DNA from: Octopus sinensis
Taxonomy: Eukaryota
Direction: 5' to 3'
Assembly: GCF_006345805.1 (NCBI RefSeq)
Contig: NC_042999.1
Span: 85,374,001 to 85,438,000 of the forward strand
Length of the DNA: 64,000 nucleotides
Shown here: positions 52,238 through 64,000 of the stretch, in pieces
How positions within the stretch are numbered: position 1 is the stretch's first letter
Layout of the letters: each line of letters begins with the position of its first letter
Position numbers and translations under genes: made by a program
The notes under the pieces: generated by a model
Databases searched by the model: none
Seen by the model: the letters and a program-made list of their open reading frames with translations, nothing else
Told to the model about the DNA's origin: nothing

Positions 52238-52604
52238 TCTGACAGATATATTAACTAAGTCTTAATTTGTTTCCGGTTTCGTAATATTCACGATGTGTAG
52301 GTGACTAACAATTTCGAAGCAATGAACGTGTCGGAACTTGTGCACACCACAATCAATATAAGAAGATGTTTTAATATACTGATGATGCAATGTATACATC
52401 ACAATCTAAGTAATTTAATATATCGATGATGTACACATCGCAATCCTGGTCACGACAGTGTCACTCAATGAACAGGACCAGCTTTACAAATGCTAGGACC
52501 ATTCGCTATGAGGTCCTGTAGAGCAAGGGTACTCAACTACCGGGTTGTATATCACTTGCTACCGGGTTGACCAGAAAGAATAAAATTTTAATCGCAGTCT
52601 GCAG

Positions 52605-52832
52605 AGTCAGATTCTGATTCTACAAAAAAAAACGACATTTTAAAATTTTAATTCCCGCCCCCCAGAATTTTTTTTTTTTTTTTTTTTGCGAAACACGTAG
52701 AAAAATATGGAGATTATGATTCTAAAGTAAAATTTCTGAAAAAAAATGAAAACTGAAGAATTGTGGGGGGAATAAAAATTTTAAAATGCCTTTTTTTTTT
52801 TTTTTTTTTTTTTTTGCAGAATCAGAATCTCC
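52605..52832. mobile_element. Small MITE upstream of Ku80 start
   Basis: agattctgattctacaaaa..attttaaaattttaattccc vs gggaataaaaattttaaaatg..ttgcagaatcagaatct. Confidence 0.65.
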
Positions 52833-53209
52833 GTACTCGAAAAGGGAGGGGGGCTCCTGTAAATATATTATATATCATCAGCATCATCGTTTAACATCTG
52901 TTTTCTGTGCTAGCACAGGTTGGACGGTTCGACCGGGTTCTGGGAAGCCAAGAGGCTGCACCAGGCTCCAGTCTGATCTGGCAGTGTTTCTACAGCTGGA
53001 TGCCCTTTTTAACGCCAACCACTCCGTGAGTGTAGTGAGTGCTTTTTACGTGCCAGGGGTAGCTGGCAGCGGCCACAATCGGTTGGTGCTTTTTACGTGC
53101 CACCAGCACGGAAGCCAGTCAAGGCGGCGCTGGCATCGGCCACGTTCAGATGGTGCATTTTACATGCCACGTTCAGATGGTGCATTTTACATGCCACCGG
53201 CACAGATAT

Positions 53210-54560
53210 CACAACTGAGGTGTTAAAGTCAGGCAGAAAGCAGCTCTGGAAAATCCTTGCCAAGCAATTCACACATGTAGATGAGGGAAGAATTCCCTCG
53301 CAGTGGAAAGAGTCAAATACCATTCTGCTATATAAGAAGTATGATAGGGAAGATCTAAAGAACTACCGATCCATATGCCTGCTGTCTCACGTGTACAAGC
53401 TGTTCACAAAGATAATTATGAACAGGTTGTCACATCATCTCGACAAACAACAACCGAAGGAGCAAGCCAGCTTCTGGAAGAACTACAGCACGATGGACCA
53501 TATATTTACTTTAACACAACTACTTGAGCGAGCGAATGAGTACAAGCTGACTCTTCGCATTGCATTTGTAGACTATGAGAAGGCCTTCAACATTGTCGAA
53601 ACCAACGTGGTGATGAACTCACTGCAGAGGCAAGGAGTGGAGGCACAATATGTGCAACTGCTCAGGAATGCAAATTCCGGATGTACCACCAACATAGCTC
53701 TGCTGTCATCCCCCATATGAGTGCTGGCCAAGAAGGGAGGAAGCAAGGAGATGCGATCACTCCAAAACTTTTCACCATATATCTCAAGCAGATCAGCAGA
53801 GGCATCAACTGGCAAGGTGGTGTCAACATCAATGGTGAGCTACTCACCCATCTCCATTTCACTGATGACATCATAATCATCGCTGGGACCACGGATCAGC
53901 TTCAGACCATGCTGACGGAGCTTGACATCAAAAGCTCTGCAGTAGGTCTCAAGATGAAATACATGAAAACGAAGTTCATGCAGTCCAACAACGTACCAAC
54001 AGGTTGAATGGTGGTCAGCAGTGATGAAATAGAGGAGGTAAAGGAATATGTCTACCTGGGACAGGAAGTGAATATGTGCCAAGACATCGTAAAGGAGATC
54101 TCACGGAGGGTAAGGGCTCGATGGAAGGTGTTTAATGGCATAAGGGATGTGCTCAAGGGAAGGTTGGACAGGACCACTCACACCAATCTCATCAGTAGCA
54201 CAGTTCTACCTGCAGTGTTATATGGTAGTGAAACATGGTCTGCAACAAAGAGAGAAGAGCAGAGATTGGTAACAGCTCAAAGAGCCATGGAGAGGTCAAT
54301 GCTTCGAATCTCGTTGAGAGAGCATATCAGTAATGAGGTCATCAGACAGAAGTCTGACATGTGAGATGTCATCATAGAATATACACGCAGCAAGTTTAGA
54401 TGGGCTGGACACATCGCCCGGCTCACCAATAATTGGTGGACCTGCGCAGTTGTTGAATGGTACCCACGTGAGCGGAAACGACCATTCGGAAGACCTCCAC
54501 GACGGTGGATGAGGAAGGCACAATCTAGATAGGAGTGGACAGCATGCTGTGAAGAGCAGT
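53210..54560 (+). mobile_element. Decayed non-LTR retrotransposon RT region (RTE-like)
   Basis: IPSQWKESNTILLYKK..NYRSICLLS..FVDYEKAF..QGDAITPKLF..HLHFTDDI..LYGSETW, with frameshifts and stops. Confidence 0.92.
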
Positions 54561-56560
54561 GTCAAATCTTCTTTGTCAATGGTCCAGCAAACACATTCTC
54601 CCCAAGTGTCTCAAAAGTTACTCATTGGCAGAATTACTGTTGGGTTTGGCACTGACACTGCCTGGTCAATTGTTATTAGCTACATGAACCTACCAACTAG
54701 GTTCTACTCAACATGAACCTACCAACTATGTTCATCAGCTGTGCAATTACATGGCAGACTTACCTCTGTTAATATCAAGGTCACAATCAATTACAACTTT
54801 TGTAGCATCCAATATCAATACCTGAACTGACCTAATTTGTATGCAGTTAAGCATCTCTTACAGAGAGTTTATTCTGGCCTGCACAGTGTGTTCAAAGATA
54901 AACCAAAGTATATGGTTTTAACATTCAGGGGGTCAATGTCAATCAACTTAAGCAGACTTTCATCAAGTCTACTCCCCTAGTACAATACTCCTGTATTGCC
55001 ATACCCAAACAATCCACACATAAAAATGCATTATCCAACAATAGTGCACTTCATACTGACAGGGTAATCAAAAGTGGAAGTGTACATTGGCTAGCTGGGT
55101 ACACTCACAAATATTTTTATTACCACAAAAAAAAATGTTTTCATTTTATAGTTACTGCAGAACTTTGCATTTTCTAGGAACTTTTCATTGTTGCATGGAC
55201 ATTTTTTTTTTCAACAATTTTTCAATATTTAATGCACGTATTTTTTTTTTTTGTCTTTTTGTACTTGTGTTGGTTTCTCTCACTTTTCACTATTTTGCCT
55301 TTTTTGTAATGATCTAGGAAGGACTGCTGTAGTGGTGATTCAAAACCAACTCCCTGGATACACGAACAGACATCACAAGCAAACCACCATAGTTCACATG
55401 ATCAGTCTATTAACCAACCAATCAACATGAAGTGATGGTGTGGACAAGTTTTCTTGAACATTCTAGAATTTGACTTCTGGTCTCCTATAAAACTGTTCAG
55501 TACACATTTTCACCAGTCAGATGACACAGAAAAATGAAAGAAACCTCCATCACCACAAATATAGCACAATTGTTTCCAGTTATGCTTGGCAAGCAACATG
55601 TTGCTGTATCAGTAGCTTGCCATAAACTCCAAGCAGTATCTCACTCTCAGTATGTAATTATTGCTGTAAAAGGGCAATGTAGTTTGTCTTTATGTGTGAT
55701 AATAAAATCTTGTTAAATGTTCATGGATTTTGTTCGGTTGCTTCTACACGCAACCCAAGAAACATATTTTCATTTATCAACTTAGTCACCATCACAGACC
55801 AACCTACACTAAAGGCCATAACACCACTTTTCAGTAAAAAAACTTACATACAATCTTAAACAGTAGAGCTGAGTTAGATATTATGAATGACAGATATGTC
55901 TCAGAGAAGATACATGGTCTGCAGTGGGTTGGATCAAAATTCATAGATATTTGTGTAAAAAAGAAAAAATAATCCATTGGGTTGTTTTTGTTCTTTGTTA
56001 AAATGGGGACTATGAATTCATGTTTACCACTTATGTGACTGGCAACCAGTCAATTAAAACTCTTTCTTCTCATCCACCTTCATCTCCTGATGGAATAGGG
56101 TTCGTTTTAACTCTCTAGTGCTCTACTATAAATGAACTACCACACTATATTGTGAGTATAACATTACAGCGTCATTGTATGTTGGTTTACAAACAATTTA
56201 TTCTGAAATATATTAGGCCAATCATTGAGAGCAACATTGTTATGTATTACTTTGATTTTGACTTCCAAATAAGTCACCTTCAAAATAACTGAAGACTGTA
56301 ACCTATCTGGCCTAGGATACTATATAGTTATTTTGTTGCAAAAACATTACTCTTATTCTTAAAATATAATGGAACATAAATTTTATTAAGTAAACAAAAC
56401 TCTTCAAAAATAATATAAATGAAGTAATGATTGGTGTGAAAACTTTATTTAGGAGTTTAAAATTAAAATCCCTCAGGATTTGAAAGTTCATCTTTCAGAA
56501 AAATCTATAAAACTGGTAAATATTTGCAAACATAAATATTCAAAATATACAACAAATTTT

Positions 56561-56756
56561 CTACATTTCCTCTTTTTCTTTCTGTTTAAGAACTTGCCAT
56601 GTATTTTTACCCATTACTTCAGGACGAGTTGTAACAAAACCAGAACAAGGAACTTGACCAGGAACTTCACATATACACCAACGAGAGCAACCATGACCAA
56701 AATTTGCAGGATGTACATTACTTTCTTTGGTTGTGGCATCTGTAGAAAGGGGATTT
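56561..56756 (-). CDS. MRPS25: MRPS25 last exon (...HPANFGHGCSRWCICEVPGQVPCS...EEM*)
   Basis: HPANFG...CICEVxGQVPC signature; tatag acceptor; TAG stop. Confidence 0.95.
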
Positions 56757-56832
56757 CTATAAAAAAAAATGAAATAAATGAAGACTTCTATGTACAATCA
56801 GTGAATATGTAATTCTATGTGAAAAGATGCAC

Positions 56833-57134
56833 AAAGCAGTGATGGAAGGTATACAAACTTAGAACTAGTTCAAATATATTTGAGAGGTATTTGAACCTGT
56901 ATAGGATTTTCGCTGCAGTTTGTCACGGAGAAAAAAATTCTCACTTGAGGCAACTCTGAAGTGACCAGGAAGAAAAGTTTCTTTACTGTAAATCAGTAAA
57001 GATTATTAACACCTTTTTGTCTATAAGAATTTTTTCTCCATGACAACCTGCAGTGGAAAACATTTACATGTTCAAATATCTCTCAAAAATATTTGAAATG
57101 ATCTTAAGTTTGTATACTTTCCATCACTGCTTCA
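56833..57134. mobile_element. Hairpin MITE (~105-bp inverted arms) in an MRPS25 intron
   Basis: aagcagtgatggaaggtatacaaactta... vs ...taagtttgtatactttccatcactgctt. Confidence 0.8.
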
Positions 57135-58279
57135 TACATGTACTCATATATTTATTCTGGCTTGACAGCTTATTTACACTATCAGTATACAATTTTTATT
57201 GATTTGCAGTAATGGAAGTTTCGCTTCCTAATCAGATCAGAGTTGCCTCTCTTGGAATCTACAAAATACCTCCTCAACAAGTCTAACACAAACATAAAAA
57301 TATCTAGAATTGTCCAACACATCCAAATGTGCAAAATCAATGCATAATTATAAGATTTAAATAAAAAGAATGGGTTGTTAAATAACTCCATTTAGCACTT
57401 TTCAAGTAGCTCTATTAAAATAGTTACATAAATATTCAACAGCAATCCATAAATACAGCTTGAATGTTTTTGGAAGTTGTACACTCCATAAAAGAGTATT
57501 TGGGTGAGATGTCTGCAATGTTTAGTTTAATATACTACTCAGCTTTTTTTTTTCCATATCCAGAGGTTTTATTGTCACAACTGATTCAGGCTGACTTTGA
57601 TAATGCATCAATTTATATTTCCATGATTTATTAAAGAGGCATTGTAGCTCTTTATAAAATAATTAAATGGAGTGTTCCAGAGTATCAAAGATATTAGTGT
57701 TAAATAGTTCTATTCAGCTTTACTCAAGCGCCTGTATATTATGGAGATACCTGTTTGTCTTAAGACAAACACTTACACACCCTCATGTACATGCACACAC
57801 ACATGCACATCATGTATACATATGTAGAATATATAAATTAGAGAAAAACCACAATTATGCAATTCAAACAATGATAGACATAAACCAAATCATAAATAAA
57901 ATATATATTGTTTTAAAACATATAACTAGATCACAAAAAGAATAAAAATGAATAATCAATATATAATAAGTAAAAGAACTACGTCAGATTCTTAGCTATG
58001 GGTTACTTAGCATGTCCCAAAATTACTTCTGGAAGGTCATTCAAAGATACCCTAAAGGTCCAGGGCAAATGAGGCCAGTCTGTTCTTTAGCTATTCATCT
58101 AAGAGAAGGTAACTCCATAACTACTGTTCTTGTGGCATTTGTTGCACCAGACCAATACAAATTTGAAAGGTAAGAGGGAAAGGACTAGCACCCCTGCTGT
58201 CTTGTAGGGTAATTTATTGAGCATTTAAAAAAGACTAAGAAAGAAAACCCCTACAGAAAATCCTGAGGCAGATATATAT

Positions 58280-58558
58280 AAGGCTGTGGAGTTGGAGTCA
58301 GAGCCGTGGAGTTGGAGTCAGAAACAATTAAAGGGTAGCTGGAGTCGGAGTCGGTAAAAGTATACTGACACGGATTCCAACTCATTTATTTTTTAATATA
58401 AACTAGTTATAACATATAGGCCTACTCAAAGTACAAGTGTATGCATATGCTTTATAAGATATGTAGACCACAATCCCTTAATTACATAAAGAGAAGTCAG
58501 AGGTGCCAATAGTACAGGAGTTGGAGTCGAAATTTTTTGTTTCAACTCCACAGCCCTG
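58280..58558. mobile_element. MITE with (GGAGTC/T)n subterminal repeats
   Basis: ggctgtggagttg / caactccacagccctg termini. Confidence 0.6.
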
Positions 58559-58566
58559 GATATATA

Positions 58567-58995
58567 TCATCATCATCATTGTTTAATGTCCGTTTTCCAT
58601 GCTGGCTTGGGTTGGACGGTCTGGAAAACCAGTGGCTGCACCAGGCTCCAATCTGATCTAGCAATGTTTATACAGCTGGATGCCCTTCCTAACGCCAACC
58701 ACTCTGAGAGTGCTTTTTACGTACCACCAGCATAGGAGCCAGTCAGGCAGGCCTGGCATCAGTCATATTCAAATAGTGCTTTTTACGTGCCACCAGCACA
58801 GGAGCCAGTGAGGGGGTACTGGCATCGGCCACGTTTGGATGGTGCTTTTTATGTGCCACCGCCCAGGAGCCAGTCAGGGAGTACTGTCATTGGCCACATT
58901 CAGATGGTGCTTTTTACGTGCCACCAGCACGGGAACCAGTCATTGGGTACTGGCATCAGCCACATTTGGATGGTGCTTTTTACGTGCCACCGGCA
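58567..58995 (-). mobile_element. RTE-3'-end-derived retroposon with tandem ~63-bp units
   Basis: (CAT)n-flanked copy with repeated ggtgctttttacgtgccacc. Confidence 0.7.
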
Positions 58996-59399
58996 ACTCC
59001 ATAAATGTTGCAAAGATATTGACTCGTCTCCCCTTCATGGCATGTCCATGATTAGCAAAGAGGTAAGGAACTTTCTTCTGGAACAGCCAAAGCACAGCAG
59101 AAGTGGTTAAGTTACTGTCTCTGAAAAACTGTAGATCAATAATAGAATAGATCAACCATATCTATACATGGAAGGCTTCTTCCAGTTTTCCTCAATCAAA
59201 CCCACTAACAAGGCTTCAGTCAACCCATGGCTATAGTAGAACCCAAAGTTCTGCACTGTATTCACTCATTCCATTTGACTGATATGTGGTCTTTGACTAA
59301 GTTGTGATACAAATATACACTTTAATTTCTACAAGGATTAAAGATTATTTAAAGTTCAACCTAGACTAATCTTCAAAAACAAAAAGTATTAAAACATAC

Positions 59400-59487
59400 T
59401 GGGTTTTACAAAAGATTTTCCTAATGTGTTCATGAATTTCTTCTTGTTCTTTGTTGTAAACATCCATAACAACTTTTTCACCAGAAT
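59400..59487 (-). CDS. MRPS25: MRPS25 exon (DSGEKVVMDVYNKEQEEIHEHIRKIFCKT)
   Basis: Similar to DSGEQVLVDV...EHIRKI; 88 nt; phases fit both neighbours. Confidence 0.95.
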
Positions 59488-61270
59488 CTGTAAAAGTAAA
59501 AGAATTGCTAAGTAGAAACAATTACAATAGAATGAATATATTGTGATTTTGGGGAAAAAAAAAGTTCTATACTAACTTTGAGGATGTTGCCAGATGTATT
59601 ATTGCTCATCTTTTAAATCAAGATGTCTGATCCAAAAAATAACCTATCCAGAGCTATTGCTGTGAAAGTATATACAATTCTTGGATGTTAGGCTATTAAT
59701 AGGCCATTGATTAGGCCATCTAATATGAAAATATATTCACTTGAATTTTCCTTTAAGTTTAGCATGATCAAAAGTTTTTCACATTTCCCAAAATGAGTAA
59801 ATTAAAGGTAATTTATTTCAAAACTGTTTTCTGGCTGATTTACAATAACTTATTCCATGCAAACCTGATCAGAATGACTTCTGCTGGAGCAACTGTTTTT
59901 AAAGTTAGATAACTTCCTTCTACTATGAAGTAGATGCAGAACTTGCCTTTTTACCATCTATTCACATCACCTCTCAGCACTGCTCAAAGCTGGGAGGTAA
60001 TGTGAATAGATGGTGTGTGAGAAATTTAAAAATTGGGTAAGTAATACAATATACTGGAAGTTTCAGGATACACAGAAAGAGAAAGAAGTTCCACAAGGTG
60101 GTATTCAGATGAAGAAATATTTTTAATTCTTGGTGTAAGGTTTAGAGAATGACAAACTTGGGTTGCAAGAAGCAAAGAAGTTGGGGTAATTAGTGATTTG
60201 ACATTTAATTTCTATGAAGTTTGAAGAATATGAAATTGTCATAGTAGAGATGGAATGCTAGGTATATTTGAATCTTTTAGAGAGTTAACTGCTCAGGGGC
60301 TAAAGATTTTTTGCTATAAATACTATTAAATATTTAGGTCATTTTAGAAAGCATTTTGTGCAGTAGAGGAATATGTAAGCTGCACAATACTAATTAATTT
60401 AATGATAATTAACAAAATTTGAAGAGAAAGAGATAACAGTCCAAGGGAGAAACTTAAGTTCAATATTTGAGAGAGTTTTCTACAGCTCACTTAAGTGGTT
60501 ATGGTATGGCTAATGAAGAAAATTTAGATTCATATAATCAGTTTAATACATCATGTACTGGAAGGTTAGTTGGGTCACAAAGGCTGCATATATTTCGTTT
60601 TACAAATAGGATGTGCGACATCCTTTTTTTAAGCGAGTGATTATGTGAATCATAGAGTAGAATCTATATAAATGAAAACTATATTATTAGTTGCCTTGGC
60701 TCTTCTCTTCGGGGTTCAATAATACTTCAACTCCCACTAACATGCTACAAAGCCCACAAGAGTATTGCTCCTAGATCTTGAATGCTGTACACAAACAGAT
60801 ATCTTAGAACACAACCAAGAAGCAGGCTAATTAGTGATTGGTATAAAGTCACAGACACACTACAGTCTCTAGTCCACAAGCATACTTTCTCCTCCCTTTC
60901 CTTTTCTACTGCAATTCAAATAACCTATGCCCTTAGGAGCTGACTGTATTCATGCCACTTCTGTTCAAGCTCTCCTAAATCACTAATTTCTCCTCCACTC
61001 ATCACCTATATTGTGTCCAGCATCCCACCACCACCATCCAGCTGTGCATTAATCTCTACACCCAAACCTTCCTCCCCACAATGTCAGCCTTTAGAACTCC
61101 TTTTCTCTTTGTATCCTTCCATAAGCTATCAACTTGCATCAGTTTAAGCATTAATTGCACAAAGGCTTGTGAAGGCCATGGGTACTGCTCCTTCCCCCAG
61201 ATCCAGTGTCTAAAAAAAACAAAATCATAAATCGTTTTATGAAATGAGCAAAATATAGAATATATCTTAC

Positions 61271-61377
61271 CTAAAATGAACTGTATAAAAGGTGTTGGTG
61301 TCATATTCTTCATAGTGAGTATTTGTAGCTTGGGATTTTTATACTGTATTTGTGGAATGTGCCAAAATTGAAAGTTG
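61271..61377 (-). CDS. MRPS25: MRPS25 exon (NFQFWHIPQIQYKNPKLQILTMKNMTPTPFIQFIL); first exon outside window
   Basis: IPQIQYKNP..KNMTPxPF signature; caaag acceptor, G|gtaaga donor. Confidence 0.95.
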
Positions 61378-62699
61378 CTTTGAATAAAAAAGAAAAATTT
61401 ATAAAGTCATTAAAAACCATTTAATAAGATCATTAGGGCTTTCATCATGGTTTTCTATATATTTGACATTTAACAATATATGTTAACAAAATTATCTATA
61501 ATACTTATATGTGTGTGTTGTGGCTGGTCTTTGTGTCAATTTGAACTGAGACTTTTTTTCCAATTAGGGAAATCTTCATAAACAAAAGCCAGATCTTTCA
61601 AACTGAGTGATGACATCATGAAAAAAAAAAGCCTGACCAATAGCACACACAACAACTATACAGCAAACTCAATGAATGACATCAACATAAAAAAACAGAA
61701 AACGAACAAATCAAAATCGTTGCTTTCAAACCAGTTAAGAGTCGGTCAAGATCTAGGATCAGGACAGAAAGGTCAGTCAGGTAGACAGAACAAAAAACAG
61801 AATGCAGCCATGCCTTCATGTCATGTTGAGCTCCACTCAGTGTCAGATGTCGACAGCCAGACCCACCAAATATGAAGAGTCTGTAGTAACACAAATGATC
61901 CGCATTCTACTAGCTTAAGAATTCTCTCTGTCTTCTACACCTAAATATAGAAACTGTCAACCACACTGTTTCCTAAAAAAGAACTTTCTTTCACCTCAGT
62001 AGTTCCTCATCAGATGTCCTGTCCAGTACAACATCTAACAATAAGCATTACTTGAAAACAATGACTTCTCTCATCCAGCCAGCCAGCTTTCCATTCATCT
62101 AGTTGTTAATGTGATAACCACCACCTATATTAGTATGTCAAGTTCATATAACATTACATTGTGTAAACATGTGTGCTGACAAGCCCTACTACCAAATTCT
62201 AAGAGCTACAAATCCTAAACGAAACAAGTATTGAAATTTCTACACTTAATGCTGACACCAGTACTAATAATAAAACATTCCCAGGTAATTTCCAAAGTTC
62301 ATACAAAGCTTTGAAACTTCAAAGTTATGTTCATTTACAGAGTACAAGGGGAAAAAATCTGTTTCACTATTCTTGATAAATGTTTCAACAGCAAAGGCAT
62401 ATTGTGCTCTGGTCCAAACCATGATGGCAACTAAGAAAAAATAAAAAAACATTTGCTACCTGAAAACACCATTAATCCCTGCCAAACTGCACTGGTGCCA
62501 CACCAATGGCCACATAAAATATGGGAGGTTTTTCAGTTGCACCTTGTGTTATAACCTTCCTCTTCTTATGGCTGAGTTCCAACCCAAATCCACTTGTCAC
62601 ACCTCTTGGTCCTGGATACATTCCAGGCCAGTGTCTGAAATCAAGTTATCAATGTAAGTGTGACGAGGTAAGCATCACCATGAAGTAGATTCCACAAGA

Positions 62700-63000
62700 C
62701 TAATTCAAATGTTTGCAGTTCAGGGTGGCATACACAGCGACCAGATAGTCACAGCTGTCTTGGCCTGATCTTGCTAGCTTTTGGCAGGTCTCCATAAAGG
62801 CATTTGTTTCTCAAATGTTACTACCATTCCACATTTAGGGCCGTTTGTAGTATCCTTGTGTAGCAGCCATCTAACCTGTTCAATAATTTCTTTGTCAGTG
62901 TCTGTGTTTCACTGCCATATAATAATACTGATTCAACAGCTGAACCCATTCCCACAATTTTTCCACCCATCAAAGTGTTCAACCATATCCTCCACATAAA
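62700..63000 (-). mobile_element. LINE ORF2 3' fragment
   Basis: VESVLLYGSETQTLTKKLLNRLDGCYTRIL. Confidence 0.75.
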
Positions 63001-63184
63001 TTCCAATGATGATGAAGTAATGATTATGTGTAAGCCGGGGGGGGGGGATACTGTCACTAAACATCATGGAATAAATATGTCTGGAGTCAGAGTATTACCA
63101 ACATGAAAGCTCGAAATTTCGTTTGCAAGATTCATGATGTGAACTCGTGTTTTAAAACAAATCTTGATGTATCTTGTGAGGGTC

Positions 63185-63415
63185 ATTATGCCAACAATAA
63201 CACATGCACTGGTTCAATTTCACTTCTTTTTTGTTAGTCAGTTGGTTAGTTATCTAACCAACCAAATTAATAACGTGTCCTCTCCTCCAGATCTTAGAGA
63301 TTTGAAACAAACATGAAAGCAGATTAATTGGTTAGTTAGATAACTAATCAATCAACTAACAATAAAGAGGTGAAATTGAACCAGTGCATATGTTTTTTTA
63401 TTATTGGCGTAATGA
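63185..63415. mobile_element. Hairpin MITE with (GTTA/GGTT)n subrepeats
   Basis: catgcactggttcaatttcac vs gtgaaattgaaccagtgcatatg. Confidence 0.7.
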
Positions 63416-64000
63416 ATGTCCCAATATACAACAAAGCTCAAGATGTTCTTCAGAAATTTTTTGGTGATAAATCAAAAAGTTCACTAGAAACAGCACACGA
63501 ATTAGTAATTTGAATGTAAAATTGAAATATGGAGAAAGATAATTTAGCAGCAGTTCATAAAATGTAGCTCATTGAATAAAGGTTAAAGTTTAAAGTGGAG
63601 TGGCGGTAGCAAGGCAACTTTGTGGGAATATTTGTAAGAGGAACAAAGCTTAAAATACCTGTACTTAACTGGTATCTTATTTTAAGCATCCCTGGGGGAT
63701 GAAAGGCAAAATTGATCTCAGTAACCAAAACAAGTACTGCAAATTTTTGAAGACAATTATGCAATGCACCGCTTTGAAAATTAAACTCATTGATTTTCTA
63801 ATTATGAAACTCTATTAAACACAGTCACAATTTCTATTTTTCAATTAAAAAAAAAAAAGATATTTCATTTTATTGTCACAGAAGGAAAGTGAAAAAGTAC
63901 TCTAATCTGCATTAAAAAACTGCAATTTTGAAAACGATTTTTTTTTCATAACTAATTTTTCCGTATTTTTAAACGTAGAAATCCTCAATAAAAGTTCAAA

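Noticed and set aside
53097-54364. Reverse-transcriptase ORFs as a domesticated or novel RT gene
   Set aside because: Frameshifts, stops and 5' truncation indicate an ordinary decayed LINE
58710-58995. CRISPR-like repeat/spacer appearance of ggtgctttttacgtgccacc units
   Set aside because: The spacers are homologous to one another, the array lies inside a eukaryotic retroposon, and there are no cas genes

Overview
Eukaryotic, AT-rich, microsatellite- and retroposon-dense animal DNA. The repeat families and (TA)n/(CA)n/(ATC)n load suggest an octopus or other coleoid cephalopod (inference). I reconstructed three minus-strand genes by hand. (1) A complete 19-coding-exon Ku80/XRCC5 (ATG 52237 to TGA 16390, about 590 aa). 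Its intron 3 carries U12 minor-spliceosome signals, and it appears to lack most of the C-terminal helical domain while keeping the terminal DDLL motif. (2) The last three exons of MRPS25 (61377-56561); its first exon lies beyond the window. (3) The first coding exon of a cytosolic sulfotransferase (8088-7893) with an atypical PAPS-loop (YPGAG). The most unusual non-genic signal is a cluster of minimal type-I hammerhead ribozyme motifs at 3.3-7.3 kb, inside short (TA)n-embedded elements resembling Penelope-like/retrozyme repeats. One looks intact, and one is duplicated as a ~305-bp-arm palindrome. The rest is RTE-like LINE remnants, tRNA-SINEs, mariner/Tc1/Tigger remnants and MITEs. Most supplied ORFs are microsatellite or repeat artefacts.
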